Of a DNA stretch of 64,000 bases, positions 35,883-48,708 are shown one piece after another (the first letter of the stretch is position 1; each line of letters opens with the position of its first letter). The notes under the pieces were generated by a model. The model saw only the letters and a program-made list of their open reading frames with translations, had not been told where the DNA came from and did no database searches. The DNA lies in assembly GCA_004022145.1 (NCBI GenBank), contig RCNU01000001.1; one strand, given 5' to 3'. This DNA is from Paecilomyces variotii (taxonomy: Eukaryota). The position numbers were made by a program, and so were the translations under genes.

Positions 35883-38501
35883 CTATACGACAATATACTC
35901 TCCATCCAAACCTTCACTCTCGATTACCTTGCGCCATCGAAAACCAGCGCCACTGCCGGGCGCGTATACATTGTGTGTCGTAGCTGAAGACATTCCATCT
36001 TCAGACGTGATGATCGAATCAGATATGTAGTCTCCGGAAAAACTCTTCTCGGCAGCGGTGGTGGTGTCAGCGTTTTTGCGTCTCGTGACTTCGCCATTGC
36101 CATTAGGGCTTCGCGCCCATATTTTCTCCAAAAGCTCCAGACACGAGATATTGTTGAAGAATCCAGAGTCCTTCTGTATATCCTTGCAGCGTTGTCTGAT
36201 GAGTGTGCGATGCGTCTCAAAGATGCATTCAGAGCCGGTGATAAAAAGCGGCCAGAGCAGATAGACATCTGAGCGAACGGCAGAAATATAGTGTAAAGCC
36301 GAAAGGACGAGACTCTGAATACGCGGATGATCAGATGGCAGATCTGGGAATGCAAGTCTCTCCGTGTATAGGAGAGCAGAATAGCGGAAGGACTCGGAGA
36401 TGTTGGACAGATCCGTAAGATTGTCAGGAGCCACAAGGCACTGGGACAGTGGCGACGATGGTGGTGAGATGTAGCTATGTGCTGGGAGGATTGGCACCTG
36501 CACATGAGAGACGGAGGGCATCCTCTGTGTACTCTGTATATCAAGTCGCCATGATTCCAGGGCCTGCCTTACAGCATGCCACTCGGTCCAGAATCTAGTA
36601 TGCATTCCTGTCGCGTCGACGTCTTCTGGATTCGAAGTCATTTGCAACGGTGCTTGTTCGATGGGAGAAAAGAGAGATGTGAGAATGTCATTGGAGATGG
36701 CCGGTGGTGGGGTGTAATGGATCATAGACGGTGGGAGAGTGACAGTAACAGGCGCACTCTCCACTGAAGAACGAAACTCCACAGGCTTGTTCTGACTTAG
36801 GAGATTCAGACGACCAAGACTGCCGATTATTTTGAACAAACGGCCATCGCAGCCCGCTAGATTCTCGAGTGCCCATTCTTCGTTCGAAGAGGCAGCTGTA
36901 TCCAGGTAGTCGCCCTGCAGCTGTCCTTCGCGGTTATTGATCGTTGCAGTCATAGCATCGAACCACGTAAACATCCTAGTATACCATTTACCCTCTTCCG
37001 ATTCTCCAGTGAGGCTGCGGCTCCTCAAAGCCAACAATTTCTTCACTCCTGCAAATTGCGTCTGGAACTTTGCCACTCCGGTTTCGCATATATGGAACAG
37101 ACACAGAATCAGGAGAGTAGCGAGTACCGAATCACTGAGCCTTAAGACGGGGTCAGATAGTTGCGCATTCAAAGATTTGATTGCCATTCCTTTGTGATAC
37201 AGCTCTTCCTTTGTCAGCTCATCGGGGTCGGCGACGCCATATTGTTGTGAGAACATCCCGTCTGTCAAAGCCCGATGCGCCAAGGACGATCTCCGAGCCG
37301 GCAGTGTACGCTCCGTAGAGGATATTTTTCGATCCCGTCTCTGTCTCATGTTACTGGCTGATAACGCAGCAACTGCATGTTGCAATGCCATGCTGTCTTG
37401 AGCCAGTCGTAGGATATGCACGCGGTATGGGTTTGTGGGGCTATCAAATGCCACTATGACGGGGGCAATAACTTCCAAGTAGTAGCTCATTAAGTACCTG
37501 ATTCTAGGCGTACTGCCAACCGACTGATCAAGCAATAGCTGTGGTAGAGAGCTGGGAAGTGATGCATCCAGGGACATATGGAAACTGACCGCCTGGTCGG
37601 GATAGAGACTATATCTTCTGTAAGCGCTCTCCGCATCAACCTCGTCCATGCTGCCTGTCTCACTGGACAGACCAGATGGAGACCATTGCGGAGACAAGGA
37701 AGAACTCGCACCGCTCCCTGGAAGGGCCTGTGTATTATTGCCACTAACGCGAAGTATAGGAGGGGCTCCACGTATCCATTGATGGCGGATTGAGTCATTG
37801 GATGTCAGAGGAGGGCCACCAGCATACCCTCCTACTTTGACTCCTGCAGTAGGCAACGGTGACTGACTGAGATCATTGATTCCCCAGCCTGGATCGGATG
37901 GAACTGATGTTGGATTATTATAAATTGCAAGGGATCCTCCGTTGAATCCTGTATTAACCTGGTATGACGGTGTATTCGAGGTGGATGGTGCACTCGAGAC
38001 TTCTCGGTTCCAGCCTGCTGGATCGGAGATATTTGCATATGCACCAGTATTCCCCGCAGACCGGGGCCATTGGTAGGCCGATGTATTCGCTGTAAGAGTG
38101 CCAGCTTGGAACGTAGAGGAAATCGGAGACGGCTGCGCGCTCTGTCGTTTTCTGACCTTGTTCTCATCGTCCTGAGCAGCCGAACTGCGCCGTTTCTGAG
38201 GAGCAACTGGCTGCCCTCCCGATACTGGAAGAGACAATCCCCGAAGCTTTCCTCTGCTCGCCACTCCTACACCCCAAGTCAAGGTTGTTTTATATCCCGA
38301 GCAATCCCGGCCCAAGTCTAGACACTGAGAGCAATATGGCCGCCGCCTATCGCATTTCGCGCCTCTGCTCGCACACGTGAAACAATCATCTGCTGCGCCG
38401 CCTCCCACTGTTCTCTTGCGGCGTTTACGGGGAGCTGTCGCGGATGCAGAGTCTGCCTTCGCTTTTGGCGCTCCATCTTTCTTGGGATCGCTGGCGGCCA
38501 T
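35883..38501 (-). CDS. Zn(II)2Cys6 transcription factor with Fungal_trans_2-type domain (resembles Aspergillus OefC; orthology unverified)
   Basis: 872 aa intronless ORF; CFTCASRGAKCDRRRPYCSQCLDLGRDC followed by GYKTTLTWGVGVASRGKLRG; LLWPLFITGSEC. Confidence 0.9.
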   Translation of the reverse strand: MAASDPKKDGAPKAKADSASATAPRKRRKRTVGGGAADDCFTCASRGAKCDRRRPYCSQCLDLGRDCSGYKTTLTWGVGVASRGKLRGLSLPVSGGQPVAPQKRRSSAAQDDENKVRKRQSAQPSPISSTFQAGTLTANTSAYQWPRSAGNTGAYANISDPAGWNREVSSAPSTSNTPSYQVNTGFNGGSLAIYNNPTSVPSDPGWGINDLSQSPLPTAGVKVGGYAGGPPLTSNDSIRHQWIRGAPPILRVSGNNTQALPGSGASSSLSPQWSPSGLSSETGSMDEVDAESAYRRYSLYPDQAVSFHMSLDASLPSSLPQLLLDQSVGSTPRIRYLMSYYLEVIAPVIVAFDSPTNPYRVHILRLAQDSMALQHAVAALSASNMRQRRDRKISSTERTLPARRSSLAHRALTDGMFSQQYGVADPDELTKEELYHKGMAIKSLNAQLSDPVLRLSDSVLATLLILCLFHICETGVAKFQTQFAGVKKLLALRSRSLTGESEEGKWYTRMFTWFDAMTATINNREGQLQGDYLDTAASSNEEWALENLAGCDGRLFKIIGSLGRLNLLSQNKPVEFRSSVESAPVTVTLPPSMIHYTPPPAISNDILTSLFSPIEQAPLQMTSNPEDVDATGMHTRFWTEWHAVRQALESWRLDIQSTQRMPSVSHVQVPILPAHSYISPPSSPLSQCLVAPDNLTDLSNISESFRYSALLYTERLAFPDLPSDHPRIQSLVLSALHYISAVRSDVYLLWPLFITGSECIFETHRTLIRQRCKDIQKDSGFFNNISCLELLEKIWARSPNGNGEVTRRKNADTTTAAEKSFSGDYISDSIITSEDGMSSATTHNVYAPGSGAGFRWRKVIESEGLDGEYIVV

Positions 38502-40456
38502 TGTCGTTGCACTGGTGGCCGCGGTCAGTCGGCTCGAGCGTTGGAATGCGGAGTCGAGAAGCGCTTATCGCAGTGGTCCATCGAAGTCAACCAAGGCAAA
38601 GAACGCTGTACAGATCAATTAATTCAAGCGTCTGATGGCAGACGCGTCAGGACCACCAGAATGAACAATTTCCAATATAGATAAATGGCGAGAGATCATT
38701 ATCCCACGAGCTTGCGGTCCTCAACGGAGGCGAAAGAGGAAGATGGGCACGGGCAGGTGGTCGCTTTTGGTGCTGATAAGCGGAGAAGCGCTTTGGACCG
38801 ATCAGATCACTGGAACGGGCTGTGCGAAGCCCCGTGGATCTCTCCAAATCCCCACGAAGCGAGAGAACCGGCCCAGAGCCAGTTCGTTCTGCTCTATCTA
38901 CTTAACTATCTATCATATCTTTGATCGCTCTTGTTCGCAACTTAGTCGTGACGATAATTCTCTTACGTGACGGATACCTACGGCGCTCTCTGCCCTGTTG
39001 CTGGCGCACTCTCTTCATCCCACGCTACGATGAAGAGCGCATACTCTACATTGATGGTGTCATCGAGTCGAATCATCACCATCTTCTGCCCATAGTTAAC
39101 TAACTACCTATTTGCCTTAACGTTAGCCGTGGTCGATATCGCTCTGGGCGCTGCTTGGTGCACGGGCATCAATCTCCCCAGTTCTCTATCGCTCTAGCCT
39201 ACAGCCTGACTCTGTTCTTCGGTCAATTACATTACGGCGGCATGATCCCGATAATAAAAGATTCAATCCGTCGAAACCTTCACCACGAGAGAGCGAATCC
39301 CATAGCACTGTGGCAGTCATAGTGGATGTTCCCGGACGCTAGAACCGGCCCCAGAGAACGGTTGAAGCCGCGGCATCTCATCTGCCACGAGGATAATGAT
39401 GATCTTAACTATCCCTAGGATTAAGGTCGGCAATCTCCACGCGGAAGATGCCGATTAAGCGTGCAGATAGATACAGCTGAGATACAGCGAAGACTGCTGT
39501 CGTATGAACTCTATGATTGCTGATCTTGGCTTGGCCTCATTTAATCCCAGAGTAATGTGGAAGAACTAAGAATGGTGTACAGTTTGACACGGTCATCTTG
39601 CGCCGAATCCACATGTTTATCCAAGTGCTGAGAGTGAGGTGAAAATGCAGTCAACCGATCACTAGTCAAGTGGGTCACGAAGATCTATGTCTCACAATAT
39701 GCAGGGAACTTGCAAATCTTCAAGAGATAATATAATCATGATGAGATCGCAGTGCTGTCTGTTCTTCATAACAATGCGCAGACTCAAGATGTTTGCTTCA
39801 TCTGGGGCTGTCTATCAGCGGCCCATACGGCCGTATCAGAGCCCATCTACGGTTGATCTATATCGCCCTCTGCATTGAAAAACCGACATCCTAGCCTTCA
39901 GTGCTGGACAAGGATATACTTGAGATAAGTGTTCTGTCTCATATTTCCTTGGCAGCTGCATGCGATTCGGAAACCACGATTACATCCCAATATACATTAT
40001 GTCGAGTTGTCAGGCCCCAGGGCATATCAGCTCATCCATCTGAGTGATAACAGCAGTATATGTATGTACTGTACATCAGGAGAAGATATCACATGTGGCT
40101 CAAGATATTCGCCTGGACAGGTTGGGCAGTCATCCCTGACAGCCTACAGACCTATCCTTACATTACTAGACACCGGACAGCCGAACCAGGATATCCATGC
40201 TGAATATCACCGAGACATTCCTGGAATCTATGCTAGGAATTGCACCAACGTCAGTTTCAAGCTGAGGGGTGGCAAACGCCCTCATATGCTTGCTCTTTCC
40301 AGCAAATGGTACTTCGCGCTAAGACAGTTTTCGGGACAGGATTTTCTCTTCAGTATTATACGTATCAAGTCTATATTATGGACTCTTCCCAGAGATTAAT
40401 ATCCAGTCATTATGAGTCGACGCTCAGATTTATGCATACACGGATCAAAATCTTGT

Positions 40457-42117
40457 TCAACATGACGGTAGCCCCAAAACTGAAAGCGCAAGGGACTTCT
40501 TCCCCTGTTGAACATGTCTTTGTCTCGCCTCGACCTGCACGTATCCAGAAGATGGAGCCGTGACGGTGGTCGACGTTTCGAATCCCTTCTTCGGAACCGA
40601 CTTGACGTATTGCAGCTCCTTCTGGCTTTCTCCACTATAAATAGCCCACGACGTAACCTCGGTTGCTCCATTCCAGCTCATATACAGATTTGTCGAGTTT
40701 CCCGTTGAGCAGGCAGCAAGGCTTGGGGTGGTGTCTGGTTTTCCAACCCACTCCTGACGGAATCCACGATACGAGGAGGAGTCTGCCGCAAATTGTACTG
40801 TCTTGATCCAACGGCCGCTGAAGTCGTATTCTTCGATTTTAGGGACCTCGCCATGATCCAGAACAACATGTCCGTTGCGAAGCGGCTGGTAGCTCCCTTG
40901 GGAGATGGCGTATATAGGGTCGTTGGGATTTCTGAATCGCTTGATGGTCCTGGCCTCCTTTGACTTGAGGTCTAGTTCGAGCAGAAGGCCTGATGTTGGC
41001 CTTGTTCCATTTTGGTAGTAACTATTTGCGTTATCGTGCAGGTGGAGGCGGACTCGATCTGACCCTTGCCCAACAAAACGTGCATTGACCAAGCGTGCAT
41101 TGTGTTGATAGCAGAAACCAGCGTCCGGACCGAGCTTGAAGTCGCCGCCGTCTTTGCCCTGTGAAAAAGAAATACGGATGAGCCCCTGTCCTATGATATG
41201 GGATGTACACTATCGGAACTAACCTGCAATCTCCAGATCACTGAGCCGTCCTTCCCATTGATCAGGAAGATAGTACAGTAATATCGGGACGACACCAGAT
41301 ATGTGTTGTTTCCAACCAAGGAGACGGCGTTCATGTGGAAGTAGTTGAACGCATCCGACGGCTGACTTCCTTCACCGTGTAATGTTTCCACGGTCTGGTT
41401 TATCGGGATGTCATCTCTATGCTCAAATGAACTCCACCGATACACCACTTTGTTCGTCTTGATGTCGATCTCATAGAATAACGAGTCTCTGAGCCAACCA
41501 TCTTTGGGTCCCCCAACACTTGTCAAATCGGCTTTCGTAACATTGGTCGCGGTGACGAGGATAGTGCCGCGGTCCGTGACGAAGTTTTCGTGGATATCTA
41601 CATACGACGGGTAGGTCATGTTATCGCCGCTGTAAAACACGCCATCTTCCGTGACCTGTGGAAGAGACACTTGGTGGATCTGCTGATATGACTGATCTAG
41701 GACTTTTATCACGCCGTACCCGAATCCTCTCGGGTCCGGGAAGGCAGTGCCAGTCCAGTAGCTGATAACTGGGCGTCCTTCGAACGTATGTGCCTGGAAC
41801 CCAAAGGCTGTTCCAGTCGGTCCCTGCCAGATCAACTCGCTATTGTGGTCAGAGATGATAATCGGACCCTGATCGGCTGCATCTGCGCCGGTAGGAGTGA
41901 TAAAGAGATATCCTGTGGAATTGGCATCGAGGCCAGTGACGTTGGCATTCTTGGTGACTTTCAGCTGCGGCGGGTGGTAGTCAACACTGCGGAATGTCTG
42001 GTATGGCCACTTCTTGGAACCGCTGGTACTTGCAGCAGAAATACAGTCAATGGCTGCGAGTCCCAGGGCGAGGAATCGCCACCATGACTGGTGATGGCCG
42101 TTGCGTGATTGCGCCAT
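40457..42117 (-). CDS. Arylsulfotransferase (ASST)-like secreted beta-propeller protein
   Basis: Hydrophobic leader, WPYQTFRS, DIHE, YFHMNAV, YQHNAR, HDNAN, SQGSYQ, YMSWNGATEV, GFET motifs; one intron ~41160-41223. Confidence 0.85.
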
Positions 42118-43569
42118 GGTTGAAGAAATCTGGGGTAGATTAGGATTCCGAACACGAAGACACAAGAAACAGCAGCGCCCAGCTGAACGGGAAAGCACCG
42201 CAAGACGCCCTATTTATCATGTATCCTTTCCAATTGGCCCTCCCAATGCTCATGTATCCAAGCTTTTCAGCTTAAGTGGGGTTGAGTGAGATCTATCGAC
42301 CGCTCCGTCCGCTGATCATTTTCTGTATACAGTAAGTTTCTAGAGGGAAGAACGGCCAGTTTACGAGTCAATAATTGCAGCCACTGAAAGGACCTGCATA
42401 TGTCACAAAGATTTCTTCGATTTATTTGTTTTCTAGCGTAGCCAGGGATCGATGAGCGACCATTTTGCCTTATAATCCATCAGCATTAGCTCTGTGTATG
42501 CATTGACAGGTGTCGTGTTTTAAGTCGCGGTATCTAGACAGTAGAGAGTCGTGTAGATTCAGACTGGGATCGGATATGTCGGACCGAGATCTTCAGAAGC
42601 TTATCAACTTCCCCTTTCCCCGCCGAAACCAACGCAACGGGACAAATATACGAATGATGGTAGAATGATTACACTGACATGGATGATTATGTGTCGCAAT
42701 CTACACAATGCTGCCAATTCTCTTAGGTCTAGGCTTCAATTGACCAACTAGTAAGCAGGTCGTGTTTTTTCTCCTGAATAATTCCCAGTCGTATCTCTTT
42801 TTAGATATTCTTTATCGGTCGCGCTTTACTTACGCTAGGGTTAAAACCGTCGATCCCACGCCCCTGTTCTATTAGAAGTCTTTGGCTGCAATGCGACGTC
42901 AAGGATCCGAGACGTCGGGTCTTATCAAAGATTGTGATGATGATGGTCTTTTGGCAATTGTTGTCAATCTCTATAGTTCGTCGCCATGAGCAGCGTAGAT
43001 TTCCTAAACACCTCCCCCTTTTCAGGAGTTTCTTTCTGGTGATATTATTTTCTTATATGTCCTCATGGACTACGGGAAATATATGCAATTCAAGTAATTC
43101 GTATGCTGGAATGAATCCATTGTCGATTCTGGAAATGGCATGGACGCGTGGTCTGATTTGAATCATTTGGCTCATATATCAAAGAACCTGCACCAAATGG
43201 ATGATATGACGGATCACCTGGACGTACTTATGCTTTGTGCGCCAGCAATAATCAAGAATGGTCAGCATCCATTATTATCTAGTACTACTAGATGGCGTCA
43301 AGCCGCAATCAAGAAATCAAAAATAATCGATGTTTTTGCACTACTTATTCCTTTTATTCATCATGAAGTGGTCAAAGTGATAGTAATCATGATATATTTG
43401 TTTATTTGATTTCATTTCTTTTTCTCATTGAACATATAATCCATGTAATTAATATAATATTTCGCTGCACCCAGAAAATTCAAGCAGTATGAATGTAGTA
43501 GCTGACCCCATGCCAGGGAGATGTCAGTATTTTGGTTCATCACGTATTGGGATTATGAATTGCGATATT

Positions 43570-44108
43570 TTATTTCTTGATGCCCTTCTCCCTCAGTCTC
43601 TGCTCGTCATCGTTCTGAAGTTCCTTGTCAATCTCGGCGCCTCGAGAGGGGTTGTTGCCGTGTACGACGGCCTGATGCCGTTATGTTAGTATATATATAC
43701 TATTCATGTGATGATAATGGTAATGAGTAGAAGCTCGATTACATACCGGCTTTGTAGGGTCCTGCTTGCTCAGTTCCGCCTCAGGGTTGACGGGTTCCTC
43801 GTGTCGTCTCTCACGCTGCTCCTCTCTCGCGAGACGGTTGGCGATCGAGCGCTCGTCCTCTGCGATGCGTAGTTAGTAACTGAATTCCTAGTGGGTGTGC
43901 TCATTGAATGATTGATAGTTGTATCATCGTGCTAAAAGCATCAACACTCACGAAGATGGTACTTACTGGTGTCGTTGGGCCGGTGGCTGTGAGGCTGGCC
44001 CTCCTTGTATCGCTGTCTCTGGTTGACCTCCGACTGAGGGGCATTCCGCTGGTCACCATCCTCATAGATAGAGGGCTGTCCGACGTTGGAGAGACCTGCA
44101 GCACTCAT
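43570..44108 (-). CDS. Small hydrophilin-like protein of the family annotated as conidiation-specific (Con-6-like), three exons
   Basis: Spliced product MSAAGLSNVGQPSIYEDGDQRN...KDERSIANRLAREE...DPTKP|AVVHGNNPSRGAEIDKELQNDDEQRLREKGIKK*; GTAAGT and GTATGT donors, CTAAC branch points. Confidence 0.85.
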
Positions 44109-45587
44109 GGTTGCGAATTAAGAGCGATATAATATGCGGACTCTTGAAAAGGAGAATCTAAGTCTCGATGCTTTCGCGAAGGGATCACTGTTTGGCGTAA
44201 AAAATTGCAAGTGAGATTCTGGTTCTTGAATGATCAATTGATCTGAAGGATCAGATAGAAGTTGCCTCTTACCATAGAGATATATATGGTTGGGGGGAGC
44301 TCTCGACAAGACTGCTGGTGGTGATGTCACTTGCTACTACTTACCAATGAGGTCACTCGTGGGGCTGCCCGGGAGCGGACAGCTGGTTGGCGTCAGACAG
44401 ATCTTCCAGGAACACAATCATGATGTGAGAAAATAAATCAATTGCAACAATACAGAGTGGGGAAGAGCGACGTAGCAGGTTCTTGGGAGGAGAAGGAGGA
44501 GGCTGGCAGCTGGTTTGGTAAGTTGGTTGCATGTTCGGTCTTGAGTACATGCGTTAGTTATACTCGTCATCCCGACTGGTTTGCCCGCAATCTCCAGAAC
44601 AGAAGATAGAAGACCAAATTGTATTAAGTGGAAAATCAATTGGAGATGTTCAGCATTCGGACTTACAACATATCTCAGAGCAATAAGCTGTTGGTCAATT
44701 TACCATAAGCGTAAATCTTCGCATCCGGAGGGAATATGCGTTTGCGTGCTCATACTCTACATAAAGCACGCGACACCTATCCTTCGCCCTACCAACAATT
44801 CAAGGTGATAAGAAGATACCGCATGCGACAAGTTAACGCTGAGGGGCCTTGTGCTACCTCAGAAGTCTATCGTGGGACCAGAAGTTTTATATAGCAACAG
44901 GTCTCAGGAGGAGCATGCTGCATCTTTCCGCGAACTATCAGGCATCGCGATCCGGACTTTAAGAGAACAACTTATACCTTGTAGTTGTATTTGACCAGAA
45001 TGTGTATTCGCCGCGATGGTTCCTTTTGATAAATCCCGAAGACCTTCAGTGTTATATTTCTGAATTTCTTAGAGGCCAGATCTTCAACAACAGAACGGGT
45101 TTAGAATGAGCGGTATCCTATGAAAGTAATCGAGAAGTGCATCCATCTTAAGACACAAGGAAAACCCATCTAGACAGTTCGGTTCAGGTCATAGTTACCT
45201 AACCATGTACTTAGGGTAGCTCATGCTAGAGCTCCAGGGATATTTTGGTTAACAGCCTTGGCTGGATGTGGGATCTTGCGAGAAGAATGTAAGTAACAAG
45301 ATGGTATGAATCGTGTAAATCGAAGTATGTACAGAAAGACGTAATTTCAGACAACCAACAACCATATTGCGAACACTTGCAGACACGCATGGGATATCCT
45401 CATCATCTATGGCAGATATAAAAGTTTGGTCCGGCGATAAAGAAAAGTTCCAATCGGAGTTTAGCGAGGGGCCGCGCCCGATCGAATCGCGCGCCGCAAC
45501 TTTTCTACCCCGGCTTTTCTTTTCGGAAGATCTCGATCGTTGAGAAACTTTCCCAGCCAATTTACAGTCCTAAGTACAATCAACAAA

Positions 45588-46597
45588 ATGGGGAAGCGCA
45601 AGGAACTAAAAGATGGCGATGTCGAGATGGGCGGCACAAACCGGCCTCACGACGATGACAGTGGAAGCGAAGATGTGCGCCCTGCGGAACTCCGTTCATG
45701 TGAAGTGCGCAAGTTACTGATCCTGACTTTAGGACGTTGACATGGTCAATGTCGACTTCGAATGGTTCGACCCGTCTGAGATAGATTTCCACGGTCTCAA
45801 AGTCCTTCTGCGACAGTTGTTCGACACCGACGCCCAGATATTCGACCTGTCCGCTCTAGCAGACCTGATCCTATCGCAACCGCTCCTAGGTTCGACAGTC
45901 AAGGTCGACGGCAAGGACTCGGATCCATATGCCTTCTTGTCCGTACTGAATCTGCAAGAACATAAGGTAGGTACTCTCTATTGCGTATTGGGCCGCATAC
46001 CACGTCGCTAGGAGAGAGAGCTGTCACTAACCGCCGATCTAGGACAAACCCGTCATCAAAGATCTCATTACCTATCTGCAGCGCAAAGCCTCTTCGAAAC
46101 CCGCCTTCTCCGCTCTCTCCTCTCTCCTCTCACAAGATCCCATCGCGCCGATTGGTCTTATAGTCACGGAGCGCCTCATCAATATTCCTTCAGAGATTGT
46201 CCCTCCGATGTACACTATGCTCCTGGAAGAGATCGCCTGGGCGATTGAAGACAAGGAACCATACAACTTCTCGCACTACCTTATCATCTCCAAGACATAC
46301 CAAGAAGTGGCCTCGAAACTGGACATGGAAGACTCGCGACCAAAGAAAAAGAAGAGAGCTGGGGATCAAGAACCTGAAGTCTTCCTCTTCCACCCTGAGG
46401 ACGAGGTTTTCCAGCGACACGCGCTATGCCATGGCGGGTTTGAATATACGCATCCGCCGGATGAAGGTGCCTCCGATTCGAAGAGAGCTTTCCAAGAGCT
46501 GGGAATCAAACCGGCCGGAAGTCTGATTCTCATCGAAGCTTCCAAGTTCGAAGCTGCGGTCAAGGATGTGTCCAATTATCTGAAGCCTCCAGAATAA
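45588..46597 (+). CDS. BCP1: BCP1/BCCIP ribosome-biogenesis protein
   Basis: MGKRK..., [53 protein letters not shown]; two introns. Confidence 0.93.
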
Positions 46598-46757
46598 ATT
46601 GATTATGATGGGGAAAAAGTCTTTTGTTTTGGTTAATCTGGTTCATTGAACGAGTTATATAAAGCGCGCGATCATCGATTCTTTTCCTTCCAAACGGTTG
46701 CAGGATATCTGAAGAACAAGAGAAACATAATTTCGTCTATTTTATTCCCACGATGCT

Positions 46758-47732
46758 CTATTCCCACTTTGTTCCTTTTAGACGCTGCATGAGATATTCC
46801 ACTTCTACAATCTTGGTTAGAGGAATAACACATTCCTAAAAACTTTCTGTCAGCAGGAGCTCCGGCGGGCACCATGTATAGAATGCACAAACCTTGTACA
46901 TCGACACGACCGCATCCACATTGATCTTCTGGTTGGCCTCATCAGGCGCCGCGGGGTCGGTGCCGTACGTTTTAGCCTTCAGTCGTAACCTCTCCAGCAC
47001 TTTCTGTTCGACTTTGGCATCGGTTATGGCGGCGTCAATCCCGTCAATATCCCCAGCCTTGATCAGCTTCACGAACCTCTCGGGGTCCTTTTGGAACTTG
47101 GATTCCGCAACGAACTTGCCAAAGTGAATCCGGCGGGAAAGGGCCTGCAGGCAGCTGACGTCGCACGTGGCCGAAGAGCCGTAGTTCTCCTTTGCCTCGC
47201 CACGATCTTCACGGCCAAATTTTCGACAAGCCGCAGGCAGGATCTCTTCTACATAGCGCTTCTTGATGATGTTGTTGACGTTGACATCGTTATCGTGCAG
47301 GATCTTGGGGTATTCGAGCGGCTGCAGGATAGGCTCTTCGAGGGCGTCGGGGAAGAAAGGATACTCGTCAGGGGACTGGTAACGACGGACTCGTGACTGG
47401 AGACGCTCTTGTTCACGAAGCATATAGTCCATCAAGCTGAGGTCGCTGCCGGGGATTTTCACCCCACCAGGGACATAGATGGTTCGATTCAGAGGAAACT
47501 GAACGCGCTCGATCAGGTGAAATGTAATCGTATCCTCAAGACGGCTATAAGTGCCCGGGTGAGCTGTCTGGGCCGATATCACATAGGGTGTGTCCTTTCG
47601 TCCTGGGCAATGCCGACACCCGCGGTAGGAGGGGCAGCAAAGGAATTTCCCCGCGACTTACATCAGTTGATAGCGAATGTTGGCCAGATCCAAGGCCTTG
47701 GAGGCATCAGACAGATCAATTGCCAAGTCCAT
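46758..47732 (-). CDS. ARO7: Chorismate mutase (fungal AroQ type; Aspergillus aroC)
   Basis: [78 protein letters not shown]; two introns. Confidence 0.96.
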
Positions 47733-48708
47733 AATGCTTTTGCTTCCGTCGGTAGCGTCTTCAACACGGGCTGTTTCGAGGTTGTCTAGAAAGAATGAGC
47801 GAAGGGCCGCACTGGAGCTCTTCTTTTCTCCCGCCGATGACGGGCGACCTAAATAAGCTGCCCCGGATTTTGGTAAGCGGCAGTGCATCATTAGCTGGTT
47901 GGTTAGCCATAGCGATCTAAGCGTTACACAGCATGAGGGACTGTTAACTATGTAGTTAGAACAATGGCATAGCCTAGCATTCTGCGTGCATTCTTCACTT
48001 GGTTGCATATTGTGCTTGTAAATGTATAGCAATCGCGATCATACCAACGGCAATCAACGGTGAAACGCTGCACATTATCGGAATTGGTTGGTATGGGCCG
48101 AAGCCATACTTAATAACGACCGGGAATCAACGCTTCGCCTGTGCAGTGTGTCTGGAAGAATCTGAGATTGATTTGAAACAAATCTGTACAGTATAAAAAT
48201 GTACTCCGTAGAACAGAGCGATACGATTTCCAGGAGCAGTGGCTGAAATCGAAACAACCGCTGTGAGACTGTTGCCGTCACGGACCATACGGGATGATAC
48301 GGCGGTCGGAGGACATCGCCATTATGGGTTGGTTACACACCCAATTCGCGGGGAGGTCGAGAGATTTAGGGACTGACTCGGGCAATCGAGCCCCTCCTCT
48401 CTAAGTTAAACTAGGATTAATTATCTGCTGGAGCTGGTGGGCGTTAACTAAATCATAAGTTGGTTACCGCAACTCTGCTGAAGAGCGGCGCAACCGGACA
48501 GGGCCGTATGGTAAACAGTGCATACGGGTAAAATTACCCTCCGCGCAGAAATTCGGCATCTCGTGCTGCATCTCCCAAAGTCGGCAAAACACTCTTTCGC
48601 AACCAAAGAATTCCGGCAGCAAACAGTCCTCTCTCTGGCTGAACTCTCCGCTCTGGCCCCGACGACTAGTTGGGTCTCTGATTCTCTCCGCTCCGTCCAC
48701 TGTGTCCC

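Noticed and set aside
46758-47732. Chorismate mutase as part of the aromatic P450 module
   Set aside because: It is 25 kb away among housekeeping genes (BCP1, MDV1) and looks like the ordinary primary-metabolism copy.
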